The notes beneath the pieces were generated by a model. It did not search any database, was not told where the DNA came from, and worked only from the letters and a program-made list of their open reading frames with translations. DNA of 61,767 bases, counting the filler, from Nemertoderma westbladi (lineage: Eukaryota > Animalia > Xenacoelomorpha), in the NCBI GenBank assembly GCA_032718475.1. It is 4 parts of 4 records of this genome, joined end to end, with 100 filler letters (N's around TTAATTAATTAA, not from the genome) between each part and the next. Parts side by side here need not be neighbours in the genome. Positions count along the whole stretch, not along the records: positions 1 to 30,698 come from JAUCBJ010002894.1; 3 more parts are not named here. One strand, 5' to 3'. A program made the translations under genes and the position numbers. Positions 1 to 10,481 of the stretch are shown piece after piece; the stretch's first letter is position 1, and each line of letters starts with the position of its first letter.

Positions 1-328
1 GTCAAGCCGGTTGACAGACCTTGTGTGGTCACTAGTTAGATCACACCGGGTGACGTCATACTGCTAGGTGTAAGACCGGTCCCCCGGTGAGCAGGGATCA
101 GACTATCGGATTACCTGGCTCTGCACACTTGCGGAGCTGTATCACCCTTACCCTGACTGCTGGATAGCAGACCTGCTCTGTTACCGTGATACTGCTTATG
201 TGTATGACCGTATTGCTACTGTAGCCATTTACCTATGTTATATGTAACATTATTACCCGGTATCAGTTATACGTTAATACACCAGTTACCTACGTGTCCG
301 CGACACTTGTTCCTTTTACCCTCTGGCG
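1..328 (+). repeat. 5' LTR (truncated by window start)
   Basis: Matches 5903-6230 with no difference found by eye; ends ...CTCTGGCG. Confidence 0.95.
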
Positions 329-339
329 TGGTGGCAACG
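329..339 (+). promoter_or_regulatory. Primer binding site, probably for tRNA-Leu
   Basis: TGGTGGCAACG directly follows the LTR and is close to the complement of the tRNA-Leu 3' end (TGGTGGCAGCGG). Confidence 0.7.
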
Positions 340-569
340 TTTCGGAGTTCGATTCTCACTCCTCAGCCTGTCAACAGCAAGTCAGAGTCGCTACACGTTC
401 TCTTCACCAGGCGACCCGGGGTCAGAGCTCCCTCTGTCGCCTTCCTGCTATCCAGTCAGCCATTACCAGATTACCGGTACCTACTGGCGATCCACCCACC
501 AGTTAGGCTACTACTTACCTAACCGGTACTGCGGATTCACGCAGTACCCAACCCGATCCACCATTCACC

Positions 570-3500
570 ATGGCGAATCAACACCTAAAGGCTCCACGCT
601 TAGTTAAACTCACTACTCAGGAATCCATCACGTCATTCGAGTCCTGGCGCCAGACGTTGATTTATAGTCTGTCCCTCGACCCAGAGTTCGCGCGGTTTAC
701 CGCCGCTGGCGCAGTATGGGAGAAGGCTTCCCCTGCGAGTCCGACCCGGGGTCTCGTCGACGACGCTGCCGGTGTTCCGGACGCCCAACGACGTACCGCG
801 CAGCAACAACTCGTCTCCCTCGAGTTCATGCTGGGCCAAATCGCCAATTACGCGCAGGTTATCGCGCGTAACACCATCGTACTAAAATCTACATCTCTTT
901 CATACGTCTGGCAAGCCCTCCGATTACATTACGGTTTTCAACGGACAGGCTCCCACTTCCTAGATCTCTCCACCATCCACCTCGAACACGAGGAACGCCA
1001 TGAAGACCTTTTCCAACGCCTCGCAGCGTTCTTTGATGACAACCTCCTCTCACCCCTCGGGGGCATTACCCACCACGGCGAGCTCCCCGCCGCCGCCGAG
1101 GAGATATCCCCCACGGTGGAGAACTTCCTCGTGTTGACTTGGTTACGTCTCATCCACGAGGACTTACCGGCGTTGGTTAAGCAACAGTATGGCTGCGAAC
1201 TTCGTTCCCGCACCTTGGCTTCCGTCAAGGCCGAGATCAGCCAGGCTATGCCGTCCCTCTTGGAGGAGCTCCGCGTGTCAGCCGACGTGCGCACGTTCCG
1301 CTCCCAGACGACGGAGGTCGCCCCGCGCCACCCGAACCGTGCACGCCAGCTGGACCGCCGTAGTTTACAACACCGCACACGACCTGCCCGGATTTGCCCC
1401 CTGTGCAAGCAGGCGCAACGCAAGGAGTTCGACCACTTCCTCAGTACCTGCCCGTTCCTCCCCGATCAGGATAAACAGTTCCTCGTCCAGACTCGCGCCG
1501 TCGATATCGCCGATTCCGCCAGTTCCAATGACGAGTTCGAGCCCCCCGATGATTCCCCAATGAGTTACAACCAACCACCAGCGGCCCACCGAGTCGCTGT
1601 GATGCGTTCCCCCGTCTTAGAAGCCGATTATCAGTCCCGTCCACTTCGATTGCTACTCGACAGTGGCGCAGAATCCGATCTCATCCGGGAGGCGTTCGCC
1701 CGCCAGCTGGGCGTCCATATCTCCCCGAGTAGTTGCCAGGTTCCCGAACAGGCCGATGGACAGTCTAAGATGAAGGTTACCGGCGAAACGCGTTTTGTCG
1801 TCCACCGTGGCTCAACCCCCTTCGAGTTTAACGGTCTCGTCGTCCCGGAGCTCGGATGTCCCATCATTTGTGGAATGCCGTTCCTATACCGCAATGATAT
1901 AACGCTACGTCCCGCCCATATGACGATTACCCTGCCGGACGGCACCACAATACCCTTCGGAGGCCAGCACTCAACCTCCACGCGCCCGCGAAGACCCGAG
2001 TCCACACTGATACGCGCAGCTACCCGGTCCGTCGTAGTCTGGCCAGACGCGGATCTCACTCTACCGGTAGCGAGTTCCGTGCCCCTCTTACTGGCACCCC
2101 ACCATCCAACTACGTCTCCGAATGAGCCCTGGTTCCAACCGTTCCTTGCCGACGTGTGCGACGGTTCCGTCGCCATCCGCAACGCCACCCAGATCCCCAT
2201 CAGGGTCAAACGGAACTCTCACGTTTGCTTGGCAACACCCATCCAACCGGCGGCAATACCGACCGCTGCCGTTGACACAATCCCACTGCCTACATCGCGC
2301 TCTACCCGTCGCCCCAACCCCCGTTCCGTCGACGGCGTACGCTTAGACCCCGACAACATCCTCACCAGCGCTGAACGCCGCCAGTTTTCCGACGTCCTCG
2401 CCGCGCACTCCACGGTATTCGAAGCCGAGTACCCCGGATACAACGGCGCCGCGGGCCCCTACGAAGCCGTTGTCAACATGGGACCAACTCTACCCCCTCA
2501 ACAGAAAGGACGCATACCCCAATACGGCCGCAACCGCCTCGTCGAGTTGCAGGACCGGTTCGACGAACTCGAACAACGCGGTGTCTTCGCTACACCCGAA
2601 CACGCAGGGGTACATGTGGAGTACCTCAGTCCCTCCTTCCTCGTAGCCAAACCCAACGGAGGAACTCGCCTCGTTACAGCCTTTAACGAGATTGCCCGGT
2701 ATGCTAAACCCCAGCCATCACTCCTCCCTAGTGTCGAGTCTACCCTGCGCGAAATCGGCTCCTATAAGTTCCTCATCAAAACCGATTTAACGAGTGCGTT
2801 CTACCAGATCCCCATTAGTCGCAACTCCATGAAGTTCTGCGGCGTTGTTACACCGTTCCGCGGCGTACGAGTCTATACCCGCTGCGCCATGGGTATGCCC
2901 GGATCCGAGACCGCCTTGGAAGAACTGATGTGCCGTGTCCTTGGGGAACTTATCAAGCAGGGCACCGCCAGTAAACTCGCAGATGATTTGTATTGTGGCG
3001 GCAACACGATATCCGAATTAGCTGCAAATTTTAACGCGCTACTCACAGCCCTCGCACGCTCTTCCTTACGTTTATCCCCCAAGAAGACCGTCATTTGCCC
3101 GCATTCCACTACCATTCTTGGCTGGCAATGGACTGCTGGCTCCCTTACCGCGTCGTCTCATGTCGTTTCAGCCCTCGCAACCTGCGATAAACCTGACACT
3201 GTCCGGTCCCTCCGTTCCTTCCTGGGATCGTATAAAGTCCTCGCGCGCGTCCTCCCCCATTGCGCAGCACTTCTTTGCGACCTCGACGAACTCGCAGTCG
3301 GCGCTTCCGCCGATATCGTTCAGTGGACGGATCCTTCGACTTGTGCATTCCGGCGCGCTCAGGCCGCCTTGAAAACATGCCGTACTGTGGTTCTCCCACG
3401 GCCCTCCGACGAGCTGTTCATCGTCACCGACGCCGCCTCCAGCGTCGATGGACTCGGCGCTGTCTTATATATCCGCCGCGAGTCGAAACTCCTCGTCGCC

Positions 3501-5429
3501 GGGTTCTACTCCTCGAAGTTGCGAACCCATCAACGTACGTGGCTTCCTTGCGAATTGGAAGCACTCGCCATCGCCGCAGCTGTTCATCACTTCGCTCCCT
3601 ATATCACTCACGCTACTACCCGCACGTCCGTTGTCACCGATAGTAAACCCTGCGTCCAGGCGTTCGCTAAACTTACTCGTGGGGCTTACTCCAACAGTCC
3701 GAGACTCACTACCTTCCTCGCCACGGTGAGCCAGTTCTCCCTCCTCGTGGTCCATATCCAGGGTTCGCGCAACCTACCAGCCGACTTCCAAAGTCGCAGT
3801 ATTCCCGAGTGTGTTAATCCACAGTGCCAGGTCTGCGACTTCGTTAATCAGCTCGCCGACGAACCCATCATCCGTACGGCGGGTCTCACCAAAGACCCCC
3901 CCCCTCCAGCGCGTCCCTTGTACGCCACCCGTAGTACCTGGCTCGTCACCCAGCAGGAATGCGCATCTATCCGTCGCGCCAAAGCGCACCTCGCACAGGG
4001 CACGCGTCCATCCAAGAAGGAAACGACCATCCGCGACGTTAAGCGGTACATCGGCTGCGCGTCCGTCGCCATGGACGGACTCCTCGTTGTTCCTCGACAC
4101 ACCGCGTTCTCGACTCCACGGGAAATGATCGTTGTCCCTCGCCATGCGCTCCCTGGTCTCCTTACGTCACTGCACCTCGAGTTGCAGCACCCGTCGCGTA
4201 CCCAGCTGCGCGTTACGTTTCTGCGGTACTTCTACGCCCTCGACATGGAAGAAGCCATCGCATCCATCCACTCGCAGTGCGCCCAATGCGCCGCGCTGCG
4301 TTCCGCCCCACGGCGATCCATCGAGCAGTCGTCCGGTGACCCTCCGGCCGCCATCGGAATCACATTCGCTGCCGATGTCATCCGTCGCCATCGACAGTTC
4401 ACCCTCATCCTCCGCGAAACCGCCTCGTCGTACTCCGCTGCCATGTTCCTCTCTGATGAGCAACACACAACGTTGCGGGATGGCCTCCTCACGTTGTGCG
4501 TCGGTATGTGCCCCCTTAGCGGCCCCCACGCAGTCATTCGTACCGATCCCGCACCCGGATTCCGTGCGTTAGTCGGCGACAAAGTTTTATCTGCCCACCA
4601 TATCCGTATTGAGTTGGGACGCGCCAAAAACAAAGACAAAAATCCGGTCGCGGAACACGCCGTCCGCGAATTAGAAGATGAACTCCTTAAACTCCATCCG
4701 TCCGGGGGACCCTACTCCGCTGTGTCTCTCGCCCTTGCCATCGCCCGGTTAAATGCGCGTATCCGGTCGAGCGGCGTATCCACCCGAGAAATCCTGCTCC
4801 AACGCGATCAGTTTACTGGCGCTCAACTCCCCCTCATCGACTCGGAGCTTATCGACCAGCAACATCGCCGTCGTTTGGTCAATCATCCCCATAGTGCACA
4901 GTCCAAAAATCCGCATCCCAGTCGCTCCGCTAGAGATACTCCGTTAGAAGTAGGAGATATCGTCTACCTCCACGCCGATTCGCCGCAACTACAGGGCCGA
5001 CCCCGGTACATTGTAGCGACAACGGACCAATCCTGGGTAAGTGTCCGGAAGTTCGTCGGTCGCCAACTGCGTTCGCAGGCATATCGGGTTCCGCGGTCCG
5101 AATGTTATCGCGTACCCTACCGCGATACCTCGGTACCGGCAGTCGACGAACCCTCGTCCAACGACGATGACGAGGGGTCTGCGGGTCTACCTCCCCCGCG
5201 ACCAGCCGACACCGAACCGCCGGGTGAGCGACATTACCAGGCCTCTCCTCCGGTACCTTCTGTGCGTCCAACTACACCCCCTCCGGCACCAGCGCGCTCC
5301 CCGTCACCCTCTTCTTCCCTAGACGAGGTGTTCCTCGGGTTCGACGATGTGGACAACGTTCCTCCACACACCCGGCGTCCTCAGCGTCATACGCGCCCAC
5401 CAGACTACTATGGGTTTCCTCTACCATGA
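570..5429 (+). CDS. Gag-Pol polyprotein (Gag, zinc knuckle, protease, RT, RNase H, integrase), 1619 aa
   Basis: CPLC-x9-H-x4-C knuckle; LLDSGA protease; RT motifs KTDLTSAFYQI, MGMPGS, KLADD; RNase H motifs VTDAA, ELEA, TDSK, ADFQSR; integrase HLELQH...CAQC, AADV, RTDP, NPVAE. Confidence 0.96.
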   Translation: MANQHLKAPRLVKLTTQESITSFESWRQTLIYSLSLDPEFARFTAAGAVWEKASPASPTRGLVDDAAGVPDAQRRTAQQQLVSLEFMLGQIANYAQVIARNTIVLKSTSLSYVWQALRLHYGFQRTGSHFLDLSTIHLEHEERHEDLFQRLAAFFDDNLLSPLGGITHHGELPAAAEEISPTVENFLVLTWLRLIHEDLPALVKQQYGCELRSRTLASVKAEISQAMPSLLEELRVSADVRTFRSQTTEVAPRHPNRARQLDRRSLQHRTRPARICPLCKQAQRKEFDHFLSTCPFLPDQDKQFLVQTRAVDIADSASSNDEFEPPDDSPMSYNQPPAAHRVAVMRSPVLEADYQSRPLRLLLDSGAESDLIREAFARQLGVHISPSSCQVPEQADGQSKMKVTGETRFVVHRGSTPFEFNGLVVPELGCPIICGMPFLYRNDITLRPAHMTITLPDGTTIPFGGQHSTSTRPRRPESTLIRAATRSVVVWPDADLTLPVASSVPLLLAPHHPTTSPNEPWFQPFLADVCDGSVAIRNATQIPIRVKRNSHVCLATPIQPAAIPTAAVDTIPLPTSRSTRRPNPRSVDGVRLDPDNILTSAERRQFSDVLAAHSTVFEAEYPGYNGAAGPYEAVVNMGPTLPPQQKGRIPQYGRNRLVELQDRFDELEQRGVFATPEHAGVHVEYLSPSFLVAKPNGGTRLVTAFNEIARYAKPQPSLLPSVESTLREIGSYKFLIKTDLTSAFYQIPISRNSMKFCGVVTPFRGVRVYTRCAMGMPGSETALEELMCRVLGELIKQGTASKLADDLYCGGNTISELAANFNALLTALARSSLRLSPKKTVICPHSTTILGWQWTAGSLTASSHVVSALATCDKPDTVRSLRSFLGSYKVLARVLPHCAALLCDLDELAVGASADIVQWTDPSTCAFRRAQAALKTCRTVVLPRPSDELFIVTDAASSVDGLGAVLYIRRESKLLVAGFYSSKLRTHQRTWLPCELEALAIAAAVHHFAPYITHATTRTSVVTDSKPCVQAFAKLTRGAYSNSPRLTTFLATVSQFSLLVVHIQGSRNLPADFQSRSIPECVNPQCQVCDFVNQLADEPIIRTAGLTKDPPPPARPLYATRSTWLVTQQECASIRRAKAHLAQGTRPSKKETTIRDVKRYIGCASVAMDGLLVVPRHTAFSTPREMIVVPRHALPGLLTSLHLELQHPSRTQLRVTFLRYFYALDMEEAIASIHSQCAQCAALRSAPRRSIEQSSGDPPAAIGITFAADVIRRHRQFTLILRETASSYSAAMFLSDEQHTTLRDGLLTLCVGMCPLSGPHAVIRTDPAPGFRALVGDKVLSAHHIRIELGRAKNKDKNPVAEHAVRELEDELLKLHPSGGPYSAVSLALAIARLNARIRSSGVSTREILLQRDQFTGAQLPLIDSELIDQQHRRRLVNHPHSAQSKNPHPSRSARDTPLEVGDIVYLHADSPQLQGRPRYIVATTDQSWVSVRKFVGRQLRSQAYRVPRSECYRVPYRDTSVPAVDEPSSNDDDEGSAGLPPPRPADTEPPGERHYQASPPVPSVRPTTPPPAPARSPSPSSSLDEVFLGFDDVDNVPPHTRRPQRHTRPPDYYGFPLP

Positions 5430-5855
5430 TTACACCACAATACTAAAGTTTTCCTACGTGTTTATGGTATCCCGTGCGTTACAGCGGCCATCACTATTGG
5501 TCCTTAGTTTGTTTGCATATTTGCATCCCTTTAGTATAGTCCTTGTTTTGCCAGTCTGTTACAATCCGCTTTAAACTCGTCGTAGTATTTGAGAAACTGA
5601 CTGACCTTGTCCGTACGAAACTGAAAATAATTTAGTCAGACGTCTTCATGCATTGTTCATTCTATTTGTAGTATTATTAGTAGGAAAGCCGATCGGTGGT
5701 TAAATGTCCTTATTTAATTGTGCATACAGTTGTAGTATAAAACGTACCATACCTATTCGCGAGAAACTGAAAGTAAGTTAGGTAGGCCTTATCATTAGTC
5801 AATGCCGGCACCCTTTTTATATTTGCAATTCATAAAAGGGCAGAACTATCTATCG

Positions 5856-5887
5856 AAAGGTAAAGTAGAAAGAAAGAAAAAAAGGGA
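5856..5887 (+). promoter_or_regulatory. Polypurine tract
   Basis: AAAGGTAAAGTAGAAAGAAAGAAAAAAAGGGA just before the 3' LTR. Confidence 0.85.
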
Positions 5888-5890
5888 TCA

Positions 5891-6230
5891 CGCCAGCCAA
5901 CCGTCAAGCCGGTTGACAGACCTTGTGTGGTCACTAGTTAGATCACACCGGGTGACGTCATACTGCTAGGTGTAAGACCGGTCCCCCGGTGAGCAGGGAT
6001 CAGACTATCGGATTACCTGGCTCTGCACACTTGCGGAGCTGTATCACCCTTACCCTGACTGCTGGATAGCAGACCTGCTCTGTTACCGTGATACTGCTTA
6101 TGTGTATGACCGTATTGCTACTGTAGCCATTTACCTATGTTATATGTAACATTATTACCCGGTATCAGTTATACGTTAATACACCAGTTACCTACGTGTC
6201 CGCGACACTTGTTCCTTTTACCCTCTGGCG
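5891..6230 (+). repeat. 3' LTR, 340 bp
   Basis: Starts CGCCAG and ends CTGGCG (terminal inverted repeat); duplicates 1-328. Confidence 0.93.
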
Positions 6231-7584
6231 TATATAATATTATTTGGAATTATTCGGTACTAATAAAATGTTTACTGCTGCAGTACGACTGGTGCAATAT
6301 TGTCGGAGACACCTAGTTTAAACTCTTGCAGATTGTAGGACACATGGTATGCTCTCTGGTTAGTGGAAAAGTTCACGAACCCTACTATGGCACCACCTCA
6401 GCTATACTTTAATTGAAGGGTTCCAGAACGTCATAGAACATCCTTGTCCCGCTTCAGATTAGGCAACCTCATTTTCCTATTTGTACGAATGCGGTGGGCG
6501 AGAGTGAAACCATAGCTGTTGGTGCCGGTGTGTGGCAATTCAAACTGAACAGCACTTAGTTAAGGAATGTCCTAAAATACTTAAAAACACAGATCAGAGG
6601 CAGAGGAGGGATCTAGAACGGCTTGGAAGGATTTGGCTAGTTTATTGGAAAACCAGCCTGCTATTATAGTCGGAAACGATTTATACAAATCAATAAAATG
6701 GTTTGCAAACAGCTAATACGGTTCATATTGATTTAGTTTTTGTATCTTAGTTTTCCTCTTTGGGACAAAGTTTTTTCGGGGTAGGTAAAATGTTATATTT
6801 TAAGATCATTTTAATTATTTATTACATGGGAAAAAAAGTAGAACTTTTTTCATTTTTCTCGAGATATTTTACTGGAACTACTGCTGCTCTAAATAATCGG
6901 ACCTTAAGTTTCAGTCTTCTTCCGTGTGACTCCCATTCAATGCTGCCCATGACTTCCCCTTAAGGTCTTCTTCACCTGACCTCCGTAATGTAGTACAAAG
7001 TTTATGTAATCTATAAACTCCTTCCTGCTCGTAGGGCTGTCCAATACAATCTCGATCTGCCGGTCTGGGTCGATTTTAAAACTTTTCACGAAAATTTTCT
7101 TTCGTACGTCTTCAATAAATTCATAGCAAAAATTACGTTTATTAAAAATTATCGTAAAATCAATGTACAACTTCGAAATTTGTATAATCCTAATCCCTGA
7201 TGTAAAGATAAAACTGTAAGAATTTAAATGTTTATTATATATTTTAATATCAGAATTTATCATTAATTTGCGGTCAGCACAACACAAAAATCCACAAGGA
7301 ATACAAAAAATACAATAATTGAACATCACGGCACATCACAACTTTAGTTCAACTAATTAGCATCCATTCTTATAGCATATATACAGCTTCACGGAAATTT
7401 TAATTAGCACCTATCAATATTGAGTTACTGTAGGCTCAGGAACTGTAGTAAAGAATGTTTGCGCATAGTCGTAAAATTATCCAACTCCACTATCTCTCTC
7501 CAATTTGCAGAGCAAGTTCACAAATCGATTGCCTATATAGACCCATTTGATTCCCTATAAGTGCGCCATCTAGCGGTGGGTTGG

Positions 7585-7722
7585 TTAACGCGGTCGACCA
7601 CGTCCACGCCCCATTCCACGGCCTGCGCCACCCTGATCTCCGCCACTCTTCGGGTTTCTTATCGTTTCATCAACAGATAGGATCATACAGGCTGCCTCGA
7701 TAGCCGCAGTGAGCGCGTTGAT
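7585..7722 (-). CDS. CCT7: T-complex protein 1 subunit eta, last exon (not in ORF track)
   Basis: After acceptor ttctgtag it reads [45 protein letters not shown], the typical CCT7 C-terminus with an RG tail; phase 0 fits the previous exon. Confidence 0.93.
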   Translation of the reverse strand: MNALTAAIEAACMILSVDETIRNPKSGGDQGGAGRGMGRGRGRPR

Positions 7723-10324
7723 CTACAGAAGTAAACAGCAATTATTTGGTTTTTATTTTTGGACTGAGTCACGCTAGACACATCATTTTTTAAACTAACG
7801 AGTTAATTGTTCGGGTCATTACACCCCACAAACGTTTTGTTTCTGTTTTGAAACAAAATAATTCCTAGCGGCTGGTAATATTTTTGGCCTTAATTTTTTG
7901 AAAATTGTTTTTATTATTAAATTGAATTTTTATCAAGATTCCAAATTTAAAAACCCGTTTAGAAAGATCTCTCTTACTTTTCGAGATATGGCTGTCTGTC
8001 CGACTGTCGGTCTGTCCGTCAAAATATAACCGCCAGCCTGAAAGTCATAAAGACAATTTGGATGTCATCAAATGTTAAAACTGACACTCGAAATGAATTC
8101 TTGCGACCAGGAAAACCACTATAACTAAACTTTTAGCTTTTCTTATATTTGACGGACTGTAATGGATTTCTCGTGCTTCTTGGCACGATAAGCTCCTAAA
8201 ACGGCTTTGAATCTCTAAAAGTTCCAAGGGGTGCTATATTTTCCCTTATTGTTTTGGTTTTCCGGCTAACATAAATATTTCCACTAGAACACGGTCCTTC
8301 AATGACTTGTTATTTACGGACATCCACAACTCTTCAATATAAACATAGTAGTAAATATAAACATGAAAACATAGCTAAAACAAAGTGATTTCTGTTCTTT
8401 CCAAGATGTATATTGCTCCCTTCTGGCATATAAAAAGTGTACTGTATTTAACACCGTAGAGAAACCTCTGGGATGAGGAAAAAGGAGAAACCGGGTGAGG
8501 GGTACTTTGGGTCCGTTAGGTTCCAAAGTACAGCCTCAAAATAATCCAAAATATACAGAAAATACAGTATTTTTAGTTGTTTAGTTATGCTAAAAATACA
8601 CTGAAATAATATACAAAAGTTATGAAAAATCGTGGAAACAAAGGTCTAAACGTCGTAATAAACTTGGTGCAGCTTCACGCTATTGGAACTTGGCGATAGT
8701 GCAGAACACCAGGTTACGGTCTGAGTCCAAACAGGGGTGGGACCGATTGGACGCAAACGGTAGCTGTTACTTTGCCCTCAAAACTATACTGTCGATCCTG
8801 GCGAGCCTGGGATGAACTAACTGTATAGCCAGCGGACAGAGTGCACAAGTATAGGGACACTGATACTTTGCCCCCAAAACGAAATAGTCGGTCCTGAGAC
8901 AAACTAAGTAGCCAGTGGACAGAGTGCGCAAGGGCTCTGGGGCTAGTTAGCCAGCGAAATTCAGTCCTAGGCGGAATCGTCTTACCTTCCCAGCGACCGC
9001 GAACCCGTTAAGGCCGGCCTGGGAACAAAGACGCCCTCTACCTTGGAGCAGAGCCCAGTTTAGCTGCCGAGGCGGCCAACTGTTAGGCTGGTTGTATACT
9101 GTATAGGGACTGACTTTTCCACCCAAATGCGGCCCCTTTTAAACCCGGTGTGGGGTCAATATGAAGTTGACCCCTAATTATCACCTAAACACACTTTGTC
9201 TTTCTAGTGCAGAGATTTTACGTTCAACCCATGTAAATATAATCAATACGTGGTTGTTTGACTGACCAATAATTATTAATGAACGGCAGTAGAGTTTGGA
9301 GGTTATCAATTATTCCGTTGTTAATAACTTTGTCTATTTACAAAGTGACTTTATCTGTTTTTAGTTAATAACTAAAATTTGAGAAAGGAGGGAGGTTGTG
9401 TGGTTACCTCCTTTATTGGAAAGGAATGATTCGTGGGGGGAGTAGCCGGTAATATTGGTTGGAGTTGGTGGGTGAGGCCGGCTAAGGATGTCTGGGATGG
9501 AAATATGTCGTAATATTGGATAATATGATCGGAGATAAATATTACGACGGGAAAGGGGGAAAGGGAATAATTGTGTAGCGATTATTGCATTTTTAAATCA
9601 AAATCACGACGGAGTGTATTTTTTTTTGTTTGCCTACGGATGCGCGAAAAATTACATGGACAGATTGTCCGATAGTCAGATAGACAGACATACAGACTAA
9701 CTAGATTTCATTAACAGTGAAAACTGACCTCATAAATGAAATCAGCAATCAGGAAAACCCCCATATATATTATACTCTAATATTATATTATATATCATAA
9801 TAGATAAATTTTGTAGATTCGATTGTGCTGAATCCAATAAAGTTGATTTCAAGAAATTTGGACCAAAATTGAGGTGAGGGACAAGTTGTGTTTTTAGTTT
9901 CAATTCGCCGCCTGCCGCTAGGGGGAGGCCAAAAGTTTTCAAAATTTACTATTTGGCTTTCCAGACAGACATAAGCTGGCGAAGATAAAATTGTTATATG
10001 AAACTATAACCCAAAGTAATGGCCATTTAAAAAAGTGGCTAGGGGGTACCCAGACCCCCCCCCCCCCCCCCCCCCACGCCCCACCCCTAATTTGATTTTC
10101 ACTAAAGGAACACTACAATAATATATGATAGTGTTCCTTTAGTTTTTAGTAAAAACAAAAAGCGTACATGACGTCACAGTATATTATACTATGACGCAAA
10201 TTTGTTGACCCCCCCCCCCCTCCCTCCCCCACCTCTATTAATTGACAGTGACGTCATTTATAACGACCTATTACCCATTTTATCTTACATATAAGATAAT
10301 GAACTCGTATCGATAGCAACCCAC

Positions 10325-10481
10325 CTTAACCACAGCCGGTTCCCACACAAACGCCTCGTAATTATCCGCAATATCTTCGTTGTTGATATCAACGCCGAAC
10401 CATATTCCGCCTTGGTAATGTTTCTGACGCAATCGGTTGAGAATATCCGTCGCGTCGAAACCAGCGTTGTCGCAAAGTTGT
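10325..10481 (-). CDS. CCT7: CCT7 penultimate exon
   Basis: catttcag acceptor, [58 protein letters not shown] donor; phases 2 and 0 fit both neighbours. Confidence 0.95.

Larger units (their letters stand above)
1..6230 (+). mobile_element. Intact LTR retrotransposon with Gypsy-like domain order and CG...CG LTR termini (possibly Troyka lineage); about 12 bp of the 5' LTR lies before the window
   Basis: Direct repeats 1-328 and 5903-6230, PBS, polypurine tract and a single uninterrupted gag-pol ORF. Confidence 0.96.

Noticed and set aside
633-5322. Many short overlapping ORFs within gag-pol (also within PDHB, GAPDH, netrin and the PLE)
   Set aside because: Shadow frames of GC-rich coding sequence with no recognisable motifs.
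6937-7329. 130-aa minus-strand ORF with a possible acceptor at 7197
   Set aside because: No recognisable family, and CCT7 already ends at 7585. It cannot be supported without transcripts.
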